From the NCBI GenBank assembly GCA_902613615.1, contig CACMHQ010000001.1, positions 76,567 to 140,566 on the forward strand: DNA of 64,000 bases, given 5' to 3'. Positions 28,608-37,128 of this stretch are shown piece after piece (within the stretch, counting starts at the first letter, position 1; each line of letters opens with the position of its first letter). Under the pieces are notes generated by a model. That model did not search any database. It worked only from the letters and a program-made list of their open reading frames with translations, and was not told the origin of the DNA. This stretch comes from an uncultured Candidatus Actinomarina sp. (GTDB taxonomy: Bacteria; Actinomycetota; Acidimicrobiia; Actinomarinales; Actinomarinaceae). A program made the position numbers and the translations under genes.

Positions 28608-29915
28608 ATGAAATTAAGAATTGCGCCATCACCTACCGGAGAGCTTCATATTGGCAATGCAAGAACGGCATTATTTAACTGGCTTTATGCAAGAAAAAAT
28701 AATGGTAAATTTCTTCTCAGAATAGACGATACTGATACTGAAAGAAGCACCTCAGAATACATTGAAAATATTGTACAAAATCTTTCATGGCTTGGTATCG
28801 ACTGGGATGAGGGTTATGAATTAAGTGATTCAAATTCTTATAAACAGTCAGATAGATTTGGCAGGTATGAGGAAATAGCAAATCAACTACTGGAAAATGA
28901 TTTTGCATATGAAGATGATGGAGCAGTTAGGTTTAGAGTCGAAAAAGATAAAGAGATATTTTTCCAAGACTATATAAGAGGAGATATGAAATTTAGTACC
29001 AATGATGTTGAGGATTTTGTAATTTTAAGATCTGATAAAAGCCCAACATATCATTTAGCTTCGACTGTAGATGATATTGACTATGAAATAACAATAATCG
29101 CTAGAGGAGAGGACATCCTTTCCTCCACTCCAAAACATATAATGATAATGAATGCATTAAATGCAAAAGTTCCTGATTTTTGCCATCTTCCTTTATTGTT
29201 TGGTCCAGATGGAAAAAAATTAAGTAAAAGGCATGGTGATACTTCAGTCTCATCTTTTAGAGAACGTGGAGTTTTATCTGAAACAATGTTTAATTATATG
29301 TCGATTCTTGGTTGGTCCCCAGGAAATGATTTAGAAATATTTGACAAAGAATTTGCAATAAATAATTTTGATTTAAAAAATGTTTTAGCTAATCCAGCAA
29401 TTTTTGATACACAAAAGCTTCTTTGGATGAATGGTCAATATATAAGAGAGTTTGATGAAAAAACATTTAATAAGATTGCTCTTGAAACAATTGAAACTTC
29501 ATTATCAAGGGAGCTATTTAGTGAGGAAATTGAAAGGATCAATTTAATTCTTTCTGTTGTCCAAGAGCGTCTTGAAACATTAAAGGACTTAATGGGACAG
29601 GTTGAATTTCTACTCGATGAGCCTTTTAATGTTGACAAGGACGAATGGGAAGAAGTTAATTCAAAATCTGCACAGGATTATCTTACGAACATTCGAAATG
29701 AATTTAAAACAATGAAAGATTTTGAACTAGACAAAATTGAAGCAATGATGCGTGAACAACTAAAGAAACTTGATTTAAAACCTAAAGAAGGGTTCCAGGC
29801 TGCAAGAGTTGCAATAACTGGTACAAAAATAAGTCCACCATTATTTGAATCCATTTACGCACTAGGTCAATCTTCTACAATTGCAAGAATTGCCGAAAAG
29901 ATTGATAATTTGTAA
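28608..29915 (+). CDS. gltX: Glutamyl-tRNA synthetase (probably non-discriminating)
   Basis: HIGH = HIGNART, KMSKS = KLSKRHG. Followed directly by tRNA-Glu and tRNA-Gln genes. Confidence 0.93.
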   Translation: MKLRIAPSPTGELHIGNARTALFNWLYARKNNGKFLLRIDDTDTERSTSEYIENIVQNLSWLGIDWDEGYELSDSNSYKQSDRFGRYEEIANQLLENDFAYEDDGAVRFRVEKDKEIFFQDYIRGDMKFSTNDVEDFVILRSDKSPTYHLASTVDDIDYEITIIARGEDILSSTPKHIMIMNALNAKVPDFCHLPLLFGPDGKKLSKRHGDTSVSSFRERGVLSETMFNYMSILGWSPGNDLEIFDKEFAINNFDLKNVLANPAIFDTQKLLWMNGQYIREFDEKTFNKIALETIETSLSRELFSEEIERINLILSVVQERLETLKDLMGQVEFLLDEPFNVDKDEWEEVNSKSAQDYLTNIRNEFKTMKDFELDKIEAMMREQLKKLDLKPKEGFQAARVAITGTKISPPLFESIYALGQSSTIARIAEKIDNL

Positions 29916-29953
29916 CAAATAATATATAAGTTACTATATTCTTATACAAATAC

Positions 29954-30026
29954 GGCCCCGTCGTCCAGAGGCCTAGGACGCTGGGTTTTCAACCCAGAAA
30001 CGCCGGTTCGAATCCGGTCGGGGCTG
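29954..30026 (+). tRNA. tRNA-Glu (anticodon UUC)
   Basis: Cloverleaf read by hand: acceptor GGCCCCG/CGGGGCT, D arm GTCC-AGAGGCCTA-GGAC, anticodon arm CTGGG-TTTTCAA-CCCAG, T arm GCCGG-TTCGAAT-CCGGT. CCA is not encoded. Confidence 0.9.
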
Positions 30027-30033
30027 CTACCTT

Positions 30034-30105
30034 TCGGGGATGGTGTAATTGGCAACACAATGGGTTCTGGTCCCATCGTTGAGGGTTCAAGTCCTTCTCC
30101 CCGAG
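30034..30105 (+). tRNA. tRNA-Gln (anticodon CUG)
   Basis: Acceptor TCGGGGA/TCCCCGA, anticodon arm ATGGG-TTCTGGT-CCCAT, T arm GAGGG-TTCAAGT-CCTTC. Confidence 0.9.
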
Positions 30106-30109
30106 CAGA

Positions 30110-30182
30110 GGCCCCGTCGTCTAGAGGCCTAGGACGCCGCCCTCTCAAGGCGGAAACGCCGGTTCAAATCCGGTCGGGGCTG
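30110..30182 (+). tRNA. tRNA-Glu (anticodon CUC)
   Basis: Near-duplicate of the first tRNA-Glu, with anticodon arm CCGCC-CTCTCAA-GGCGG and T loop TTCAAAT. Confidence 0.9.
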
Positions 30183-30785
30183 CTAAAACTCTAAATTCTT
30201 AGACCACCTTGGCCTATGCTGAAGAAAACTCTTGAAATCTTCTTCATCATCTATCTCAAAACTAAATTCTTTATTAAATGATTTTTTGATATCTAAATTC
30301 TCTTGAAGAAAAATATTCATGTGATTATCAAAACTATTTTTACCATACATTAATTTTTTAATTTTAATATTTCCCCCAAGTATCGGAGTTCCGCTATCTT
30401 TACTTGAACATATTACAATCTGGGATGACTTGCATTCTTTTATCCATTCTTGTGCATAAAAATTGTTTAGGTATGGCAGGTCAGCATGGCAGATAGTCCA
30501 ATATTCATATTCATAAGAATGAAGAAACTCTTCTAGCTCAAAATTTAAACCCTTTTTTCTGGCTGAGAATATCTCAATATCATTGTTCTTACAGTAATCA
30601 ATAACAAGCTCATCATTTGTGATACAAACAATATTTGTGTCTTCATTTTTAAATGATTTCACTATATTTTCAAACATTCCTTTTGAAAGTTCTATTCTTT
30701 TTTCGACACTCAGAACATTTTCAAGTCTAGACATAGGATTTTTAAAATTTCTTACGGGGATGCCTATCAAAAAATTTTTTAACAT
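30183..30785 (-). CDS. fbiD: CofC/FbiD-like guanylyltransferase (F420 biosynthesis) or related MobA-like nucleotidyltransferase
   Basis: IGIPVRNFKNPMSRL (compare IPVK....KSRL), HADLPYL, SKDSGTPIL, YGKNSFDNH, a C-terminal acidic box, and the ~200-aa length match the CofC layout as I recall it. Confidence 0.55.
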   Translation of the reverse strand: MLKNFLIGIPVRNFKNPMSRLENVLSVEKRIELSKGMFENIVKSFKNEDTNIVCITNDELVIDYCKNNDIEIFSARKKGLNFELEEFLHSYEYEYWTICHADLPYLNNFYAQEWIKECKSSQIVICSSKDSGTPILGGNIKIKKLMYGKNSFDNHMNIFLQENLDIKKSFNKEFSFEIDDEEDFKSFLQHRPRWSKNLEF

Positions 30786-30828
30786 TACAACACTTTACAT
30801 ATTCCATGCTATTAAGTTATATATTGAA

Positions 30829-32226
30829 ATGACTAGAAAAACTAAAATAATTGCAACAGTAGGTCCAAGTATTCATTCTAAAGAGGCCATCAATGAAATT
30901 ATTGATGCAGGAGCTAATGTTTTAAGGTTAAATTTTTCACATGGATCTAATAACGAATATAAACAAATAGTAGATTGGGCTAGATCATCAAATAAAAAGA
31001 TTGCAATAATGCAAGATATTCAGGGTCCAAAAATAAGAACAGGCCATTTGGAACAATCATTTGATCTATCTCAAGGAGCTGAAATTGAAATATTCAATGA
31101 AGATTCCAAGAAAAATAATGAAAATATCGTTATAAATTATGATCAGTTATTTGAAGATGTGAGTGAAGGTGAACGAATATTAATTGATGATGGAAAATTG
31201 TCCTTAAGAGTTACAAAAAAAGAAAAAAATAAAGTTCTTGCTGATGTAGAGATTGGTGGAGAATTAAGGGCAAATCAAGGGGTTGCTTTCCCAGATTCTA
31301 ATTTATCAGTTTCAACTTTAACAAAAAAAGATATTGAAGATTTAGAGTTCGGCAATCAACTTGGGGTTGATTTTGTTGCTGTTTCTTTTGTTCGAAACGC
31401 AGAAGATATTATAAATGTCAAGAAATACATTGATGATGATACAAAAGTAATAGCTAAAATTGAACTTAAGTCTGCAGTAAAAAATCTAAAATCAATTATT
31501 CAAGAGTCAGATGGAGTAATGGTAGCAAGGGGTGATTTAGGTGTACAGCTTCCTCTTGAGAGAATTCCGCTCGTTCAAAAAGAGATATTAAATGAAACAA
31601 ATTTACAGGGAAAAATTACAATTACAGCTACTGAAATGTTAACTTCTATGATTTCTTCTCATAGGCCTACAAGAGCAGAGGTTTCAGATATTACAAATGC
31701 AATACTCGATGGAACTGATGCTGTAATGTTGTCAGCGGAAACCTCAATCGGTGAAAACCCAATTGAAGTTGTCAGTGCCATGGCAAAGATTTGTAGTGAG
31801 GTAGATAGTGTTTCTGGTACAAAAATAACTTCATCTAAAGACATATTGACTTCTGATGAACTAACAAATTCTCTTTCAAAAGCTGCAGTACAAGTAGCAA
31901 ATGATTCTAATGCAAAGGCAATCGTAGCTTTTACTGAAACTGGTAAAACAGCATTGTTGATTTCAAATCATCGACCAGACGCTCCAATTTTTACATTTAC
32001 AACTGTTGAAAAGACTTTTAATCAACTCAATTTGATATGGGGAGTAGAGCAGATAAAGATAGAGAGATTGGAAACTACTGATGAGATGTTTGCGATTGCA
32101 AACCAATGGTTAACTGAAGAGATGAATTTTTTAAAAAATGATAAAGTAGTTATTGTCGCTGGTTCACCTCCAAATAAAGAGGCAGCAACTAACCTTATTA
32201 GAGTAATGAAGATTGGTGAATTTTAA
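30829..32226 (+). CDS. pyk: Pyruvate kinase
   Basis: KIIATVGPS, LNFSHG, MVARGDLGV, TQMLESM-like ATEMLTSM. I take the start at the ATG at 30829. The longer track ORF (from 30619) overlaps the fbiD-like gene. Confidence 0.93.
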   Translation: MTRKTKIIATVGPSIHSKEAINEIIDAGANVLRLNFSHGSNNEYKQIVDWARSSNKKIAIMQDIQGPKIRTGHLEQSFDLSQGAEIEIFNEDSKKNNENIVINYDQLFEDVSEGERILIDDGKLSLRVTKKEKNKVLADVEIGGELRANQGVAFPDSNLSVSTLTKKDIEDLEFGNQLGVDFVAVSFVRNAEDIINVKKYIDDDTKVIAKIELKSAVKNLKSIIQESDGVMVARGDLGVQLPLERIPLVQKEILNETNLQGKITITATEMLTSMISSHRPTRAEVSDITNAILDGTDAVMLSAETSIGENPIEVVSAMAKICSEVDSVSGTKITSSKDILTSDELTNSLSKAAVQVANDSNAKAIVAFTETGKTALLISNHRPDAPIFTFTTVEKTFNQLNLIWGVEQIKIERLETTDEMFAIANQWLTEEMNFLKNDKVVIVAGSPPNKEAATNLIRVMKIGEF

Positions 32227-32528
32227 TGGGTCAGAAAATTGAATTAAAAACAACTCAATTTGGAAAAAATGTCATATTCGATTTAAACAGATCATTATCA
32301 GGACAAGACGGTGAAACATATCACAATATAGCCCACGCTTCATTAACAAATGAAATTAGTGCACAATTAGCCATGAAATTATTTCAATTCTCAAATGATA
32401 TTGAAAATATTTTTATTCAATCGAATGTTGTTACTATCAATTTTACAAAAAACATGGGAACTGCAGTCACAGACTTTGAGAAGCTAATTGAAGATTTCTT
32501 TCTTTTTTATGGAGATGAGGAAGAATGA
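32226..32528 (+). CDS. Hypothetical small protein (weak resemblance to the Nfu/NifU N-terminal-type domain)
   Basis: 100 aa, TAATG overlap with pyk. The pattern ...LAMKLFQFSNDIENIFIQSNVVTINFTK... is reminiscent of Nfu_N but not diagnostic. Confidence 0.4.
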   Translation: MGQKIELKTTQFGKNVIFDLNRSLSGQDGETYHNIAHASLTNEISAQLAMKLFQFSNDIENIFIQSNVVTINFTKNMGTAVTDFEKLIEDFFLFYGDEEE

Positions 32529-33460
32529 TAGTTGGGGTCACAGGTGCCTCTGGTTTTATTGGTAAAAAAACAATAAAAATTTTAAAGGATTCTGGCCATG
32601 AAGTTAAAAGATTTGTAAGAAGAGAAGTGAAGAATGATGATGAAATATATTGGAGCCCAGCAAAGAAGGAAATAGATAAAGATAAATTTCAAGAACTTGA
32701 TGCAATAATCCATTTAGCTGGAGAAAGTATAGCCCCACAAGATATATTAGGCTTCCTCCCATTTGCTGGTGGTCGTTGGTCCAAAGAAAGAAAATCAAGA
32801 ATTTATTGGTCCAGGAAGTGGGCATCTGATCTTTTTGTGGATACATACAAATCTTGTGAAAAATATCCGAAAATATTTATTACTGCATCTGGAAATGATA
32901 TTTATGGAGATCACGGAGATGAGATAGTTACCGAAGAAACCTCTTTTAATCGAGGTCAATTTTTACAAATGGTAGCAGAAGAATGTTGGGAAGAACCATT
33001 ATATGAAATTGAAAAGATGGGTGTAAGAGTAATGAAGTGTAGAGCTGGAATTGTTTTAGGGAAGGGAAATATCGCAACACAAATATTTACACTTATTTCA
33101 AAATTAAATTTATCTGGTCCAATTGGAGATGGTAAGCAATATTTTTCTTGGGTATCTGTTTATGACATGGCAGAAGCATTCGTATTTTGTCTAGAAAATG
33201 AAAATATCGATGGCGCTGTGAATGTGACTGCTCCTGAACCTTTGCAACAAAAAGAATTTTCAAGAGCCATTGCCAAAATTATGGATAAGGCTTTCTTTGC
33301 TCCTCCTTTACCGCCAATAATAATGAGATTAGCTGTTGGCTGGGAACTAGGTGAGCAACTTGGTTTAAATAGTATAAGAGCAATTCCGCAAAAACTATTA
33401 AAAGAAGGATTTCAGTTTAAAAACCCTACTTTGGAAACAATGAAAGACGATTTTATTTAA
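32525..33460 (+). CDS. NAD-dependent epimerase/dehydratase-family protein (YfcH/TIGR01777-like with a DUF1731-type C-terminus)
   Basis: Rossmann VTGASGFIGK. C-terminal ...IPQKLLKEGFQFKNPTLE... is typical of the YfcH family. Confidence 0.8.
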   Translation: MIVGVTGASGFIGKKTIKILKDSGHEVKRFVRREVKNDDEIYWSPAKKEIDKDKFQELDAIIHLAGESIAPQDILGFLPFAGGRWSKERKSRIYWSRKWASDLFVDTYKSCEKYPKIFITASGNDIYGDHGDEIVTEETSFNRGQFLQMVAEECWEEPLYEIEKMGVRVMKCRAGIVLGKGNIATQIFTLISKLNLSGPIGDGKQYFSWVSVYDMAEAFVFCLENENIDGAVNVTAPEPLQQKEFSRAIAKIMDKAFFAPPLPPIIMRLAVGWELGEQLGLNSIRAIPQKLLKEGFQFKNPTLETMKDDFI

Positions 33461-33813
33461 TGAGTAGTTACGAAGAAAGAATGTCGCAGAAATATAATTT
33501 CTTCTCTTCTGAGGATAAAAACCAAGTTTCTGATTCAGACGTCGAAAAGGAAACAAAAAATGAAGAAATTATTGAAAATGTAGATGATATAAATGAAACT
33601 CAAGAAGAAGAAAACATGCTCGTTCCAATATCTGCTTGGAAGAAAGTTTTAGACCAACTAGGAAATTTACATGAGGCTGATAAGTTAATGGCTGAAGCTA
33701 GAGAGAGGGCAGCAAAAGCAGAGGCTGAAAGTGAATTTTTAAGAGAAAAACTAAAAAATACACGAGAAGAATTAAATACATTCAAAAAGAAAAAAAGGTT
33801 TTTCTTTTTCTAA
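33460..33813 (+). CDS. Hypothetical acidic coiled-coil protein
   Basis: 117 aa. Acidic N-terminal half, predicted helix AEARERAAKAEAESEFLREKLKNTREEL, and an odd KKKKRFFFF tail. TAATG overlap with the upstream gene. Confidence 0.4.
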   Translation: MSSYEERMSQKYNFFSSEDKNQVSDSDVEKETKNEEIIENVDDINETQEEENMLVPISAWKKVLDQLGNLHEADKLMAEARERAAKAEAESEFLREKLKNTREELNTFKKKKRFFFF

Positions 33814-33817
33814 AAAC

Positions 33818-35038
33818 TTAATTTACAAAATTGCTTTTATCAGATACACCTCTGATTATAAAAAATGAAATCATTAAGAGAACAACAAGTGACAACATGG
33901 CAGTATTTCGACCTAAATTTAAAGTATTAACAATAAAGCCCCACAGAATCGGACCTACAATAGTTGCAAATCTTCCAACAGTTGAATATAAACCATAAAA
34001 TTCACCAAGATGTTCTTTTGGACTAAGTCTTGTCATGAATACTCTGTCAACCGCAAATATTCCACCAATGTTGAAGCCACCAATAACTCCAGTTACATAA
34101 ATTAACCAGTCAATATCAAACTCTGTAGAAATAACAGCAATGATTAATGAAACCATCCAACAACCTAAGCTAAATAAAGTGCATTTCCTTGGACCATATT
34201 TATCTCCAGCTTTACCATAAACATAACCACCGATAATAGAGATGATAATTGCTAAGGCTAGCAAATTCTGACTGTCTTCAGCGGTAAGTCCAGCCTCTTC
34301 GACGAGATATACAGCGAGTAGACCACTAATTAGAGTATTAATTGCGTCTGCATAAAAGAATCTCCCAATAAGAAACCTTGTAAGACCTTTATATTCTCTG
34401 GAATGCTTCCATGACTTAACAACTATATAAAGAGATTCTCTAAATTTTACACTTACTTTGTCAATATTAAATTTCTTCTCTTCAATAAACAAAAATGCAG
34501 GAATTGAAAATAATAAAAAAAGAATAGCCACGGATCTAAAAATTTCTACATAACTGTAACCAAATTCCTGAAGAAGTGATGCAACACCAAATCCAATAAG
34601 TGATCCCATGTATCCAAACGCAACTCCCATGCCAGAAATCTTTCCTCTGTTATTTTCATTACTAACGGAAACAAGTAAAGCATCATAGACTACCGAACCA
34701 AGGTTAAATCCAATCAATGAAATGATGAACAATAAAACAGATATATTTACATTAAATGTACCAAGAAGGAAGGTTGCTACTATGCAGATTGCAGTTGTAA
34801 TAAATAATAATGGTTTCTTTCCTTGTGCTCCATCACTTCTAGCTCCTACCCAGGGACCGGTTAGTGCAACAATTACCATTGCTCCTGAAGTTGCCAGACC
34901 CAAAGCTTGATCTGTCCAACCTTGTTCACTCACAAGCCAGACCGAAAAATATAATCCAGGAATTACAAATGCATAAACTGTATTTGCTAAATCAAAAAGT
35001 AACCAGGAATATAAACTTTTTTTCTTTACCCCGTTCAT
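33818..35038 (-). CDS. MFS transporter (UMF1/Atg22-like)
   Basis: 12-TM pattern. N-terminal SWLLFDLANTVY matches the UMF1 W..YDWANS.. box. Paralogue of 37121-38431. Confidence 0.75.
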   Translation of the reverse strand: MNGVKKKSLYSWLLFDLANTVYAFVIPGLYFSVWLVSEQGWTDQALGLATSGAMVIVALTGPWVGARSDGAQGKKPLLFITTAICIVATFLLGTFNVNISVLLFIISLIGFNLGSVVYDALLVSVSNENNRGKISGMGVAFGYMGSLIGFGVASLLQEFGYSYVEIFRSVAILFLLFSIPAFLFIEEKKFNIDKVSVKFRESLYIVVKSWKHSREYKGLTRFLIGRFFYADAINTLISGLLAVYLVEEAGLTAEDSQNLLALAIIISIIGGYVYGKAGDKYGPRKCTLFSLGCWMVSLIIAVISTEFDIDWLIYVTGVIGGFNIGGIFAVDRVFMTRLSPKEHLGEFYGLYSTVGRFATIVGPILWGFIVNTLNLGRNTAMLSLVVLLMISFFIIRGVSDKSNFVN

Positions 35039-36234
35039 TAAATTGATTCTAGAGCGTCTTTAAATCTCGTGAGGCCTTCCTCTAGATCTTGATCGCTTAG
35101 AGCATAAGAACAACGTAAAAATCCTTCTTTTCCAAATACCTCGCCAGGTACAAATGCAATGTAGAATTTCTCCAATAACCAATCGCAAAACTCTATTGAT
35201 GTGCTTACTCCTTCTATAAGACCATTTGTGTAATGACTTACATCAGGAAAAACGTAAAAAGCTCCTGTTGCATTTGGAACCCTTATGTTTTCTATGGTTT
35301 TAAATAAATTGAGGGCATAATTTCTTCTTTTATCAAATGCTTTCTTCATTTCATTTGTACTGTCTAATCCATTTTTTAATGCTGAATATGCAGCTACTTG
35401 TGAAATATTTGCAACGTTTGACGTGGCATGAGACTGAATTTTTTTTGACAGACCAATGACATCATCATTACCCATTATCCAACCAACTCTCCATCCAGTC
35501 ATTGAGTATGCTTTGGCAACACCATTCACTACAATTGTTTTCTCAAGATTTTTATCAATAGTTGCCGGTGATGGTGAAGTAACACCTTCATAAACTAAAT
35601 GTTCGTAAAGCTCATCGGAAAGTATCCAGATATTTTTATCAAATGCCCAGTTATATATTTCCTCAGCTTCTTCTTTTGAGTAGACAACCCCGGTTGGATT
35701 CGATGGAGATACCCATACAAGAACCTTAGTTTTTTCTGTAAATTTCTCTTCAAGTTGTTCAACTGTAACTTTAAAATCATTTTCAAAATCTGTATTAACA
35801 ATTACTGGCTCCCCACCTGAAATTTTTACTGCTTCAGGATATGTTGTCCAATAAGGTGCAGGAATTAATACTTCATCTCCAGGATCAAGCAGTGACATAA
35901 ATGTTGACAGTATTGCTTGTTTTCCTCCATTTGTTACTACTACATTATCTGGGTCAATTTCAAAATTTGAATATTCTTTTGTTGTTCTAGAAATTTCATC
36001 TCTTAAAATCGGTAGTCCACCAACTGCTGTGTACTTATGATACGTTGGATTTTCCGATGCAATTTTTACTTCCTCTATAACATGTGAAGGTGTTGGAAAA
36101 TCAGGTTCACCTGCACCAAAACCAATTACAGGCTTTCCTTGATCCTTTAGAATTCTAGCCTTGTTTGATATTGCCATTGTTCCAGAAGGCGTAATATTGT
36201 TATTTAATTTTGAAATTTCCACATTTGTCTCCAA
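35038..36234 (-). CDS. Aspartate/aromatic aminotransferase (class I PLP enzyme)
   Basis: SPSNPTG and the PLP-Lys region GVAKAYSMTGWRVGW. 398 aa. Confidence 0.9.
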   Translation of the reverse strand: METNVEISKLNNNITPSGTMAISNKARILKDQGKPVIGFGAGEPDFPTPSHVIEEVKIASENPTYHKYTAVGGLPILRDEISRTTKEYSNFEIDPDNVVVTNGGKQAILSTFMSLLDPGDEVLIPAPYWTTYPEAVKISGGEPVIVNTDFENDFKVTVEQLEEKFTEKTKVLVWVSPSNPTGVVYSKEEAEEIYNWAFDKNIWILSDELYEHLVYEGVTSPSPATIDKNLEKTIVVNGVAKAYSMTGWRVGWIMGNDDVIGLSKKIQSHATSNVANISQVAAYSALKNGLDSTNEMKKAFDKRRNYALNLFKTIENIRVPNATGAFYVFPDVSHYTNGLIEGVSTSIEFCDWLLEKFYIAFVPGEVFGKEGFLRCSYALSDQDLEEGLTRFKDALESI

Positions 36235-36291
36235 ATGTCATTTTAACTAAATAATTTATAAACTAACCAAGTGATTTATTAAACTTGATTT

Positions 36292-37128
36292 ATGTCACAA
36301 ATTTTATATGGTAAACCTGTTGCTGAAAACCTTGACTTTAAAAGTAAAACTATTTTTGAAAATTACACAACTAATAATGATAAACCTCCAGTATTAACAG
36401 CAATTACTGTTGGTGAAAATCCTGCATCACTTCTTTATGTTTCCGTAAAAGAAAAAAAAGCTAAGTTACTAGGAGTAGATTTTAATTGGATAAAATTAAA
36501 AGAGAGCACATTAGAAATTGAATTAGAAGATACTATCTTTAAATATTCTGAACCATCTCAAGGAATGATAGTACAGCTTCCACTGCCAAAACACTTGAAT
36601 GCCGAAAAAGTAATTGACTTCATACCAAGTGAAATAGATGTTGATGGTCTTACTACTTTTAATTTGGGTAGACTTTATTCTGAAAATCTAAATATTATTC
36701 CTGCCACATCAATGGCGATTCTTGAATTGTTGTCTCATTACGAGATTGAAACAGAAGACAAAAACATTGTAATTGCTGGACGATCAAGGTTAGTAACATC
36801 TCCTCTTTCAAAAATTTTGAGTTCAAAAAAATTTAATGGAAACGTATCTGTAATTCATAGTAAAACTTCAAATCCTAAAGATTTTGTATCTAAGGCAGAT
36901 ATTTTTATATCTGCTGTTGGTAAATCAAAAATGTTTGATAAATCTTATTTTAAAGAAGGCTCTTATGTCATTGATGTTGGAATTTCTGTTGTTGATGGAA
37001 AATCATATGGAGATATTGATACCGCTGATCTCGATAATTATTTACTTGGAAGAGCGCCATACCCGGGTGGCATAGGTCCAATTACAGTGTCAGCCTTATA
37101 TTCAAATCTAGCTCAACTGATTAGCTAG
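36292..37128 (+). CDS. folD: Bifunctional methylene-THF dehydrogenase / methenyl-THF cyclohydrolase
   Basis: YVSVKEKKAKLLGV, IAGRSRLVTSPL, PGGIGPITV. Confidence 0.9.
   Translation: MSQILYGKPVAENLDFKSKTIFENYTTNNDKPPVLTAITVGENPASLLYVSVKEKKAKLLGVDFNWIKLKESTLEIELEDTIFKYSEPSQGMIVQLPLPKHLNAEKVIDFIPSEIDVDGLTTFNLGRLYSENLNIIPATSMAILELLSHYEIETEDKNIVIAGRSRLVTSPLSKILSSKKFNGNVSVIHSKTSNPKDFVSKADIFISAVGKSKMFDKSYFKEGSYVIDVGISVVDGKSYGDIDTADLDNYLLGRAPYPGGIGPITVSALYSNLAQLIS

Noticed and set aside
29942-30148. 68-aa minus-strand ORF from the track
   Set aside because: It lies entirely antisense to the three tRNA genes. Its Arg/Pro/Gly-rich translation is just the reverse complement of GC-rich tRNA stems.
30619-30828. 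N-terminal 70-codon extension of the pyruvate kinase ORF
   Set aside because: It overlaps the 5-prime part of the fbiD-like gene on the other strand. Pyruvate kinases begin at the KIIATVGPS strand, and the ATG at 30829 gives exactly that.
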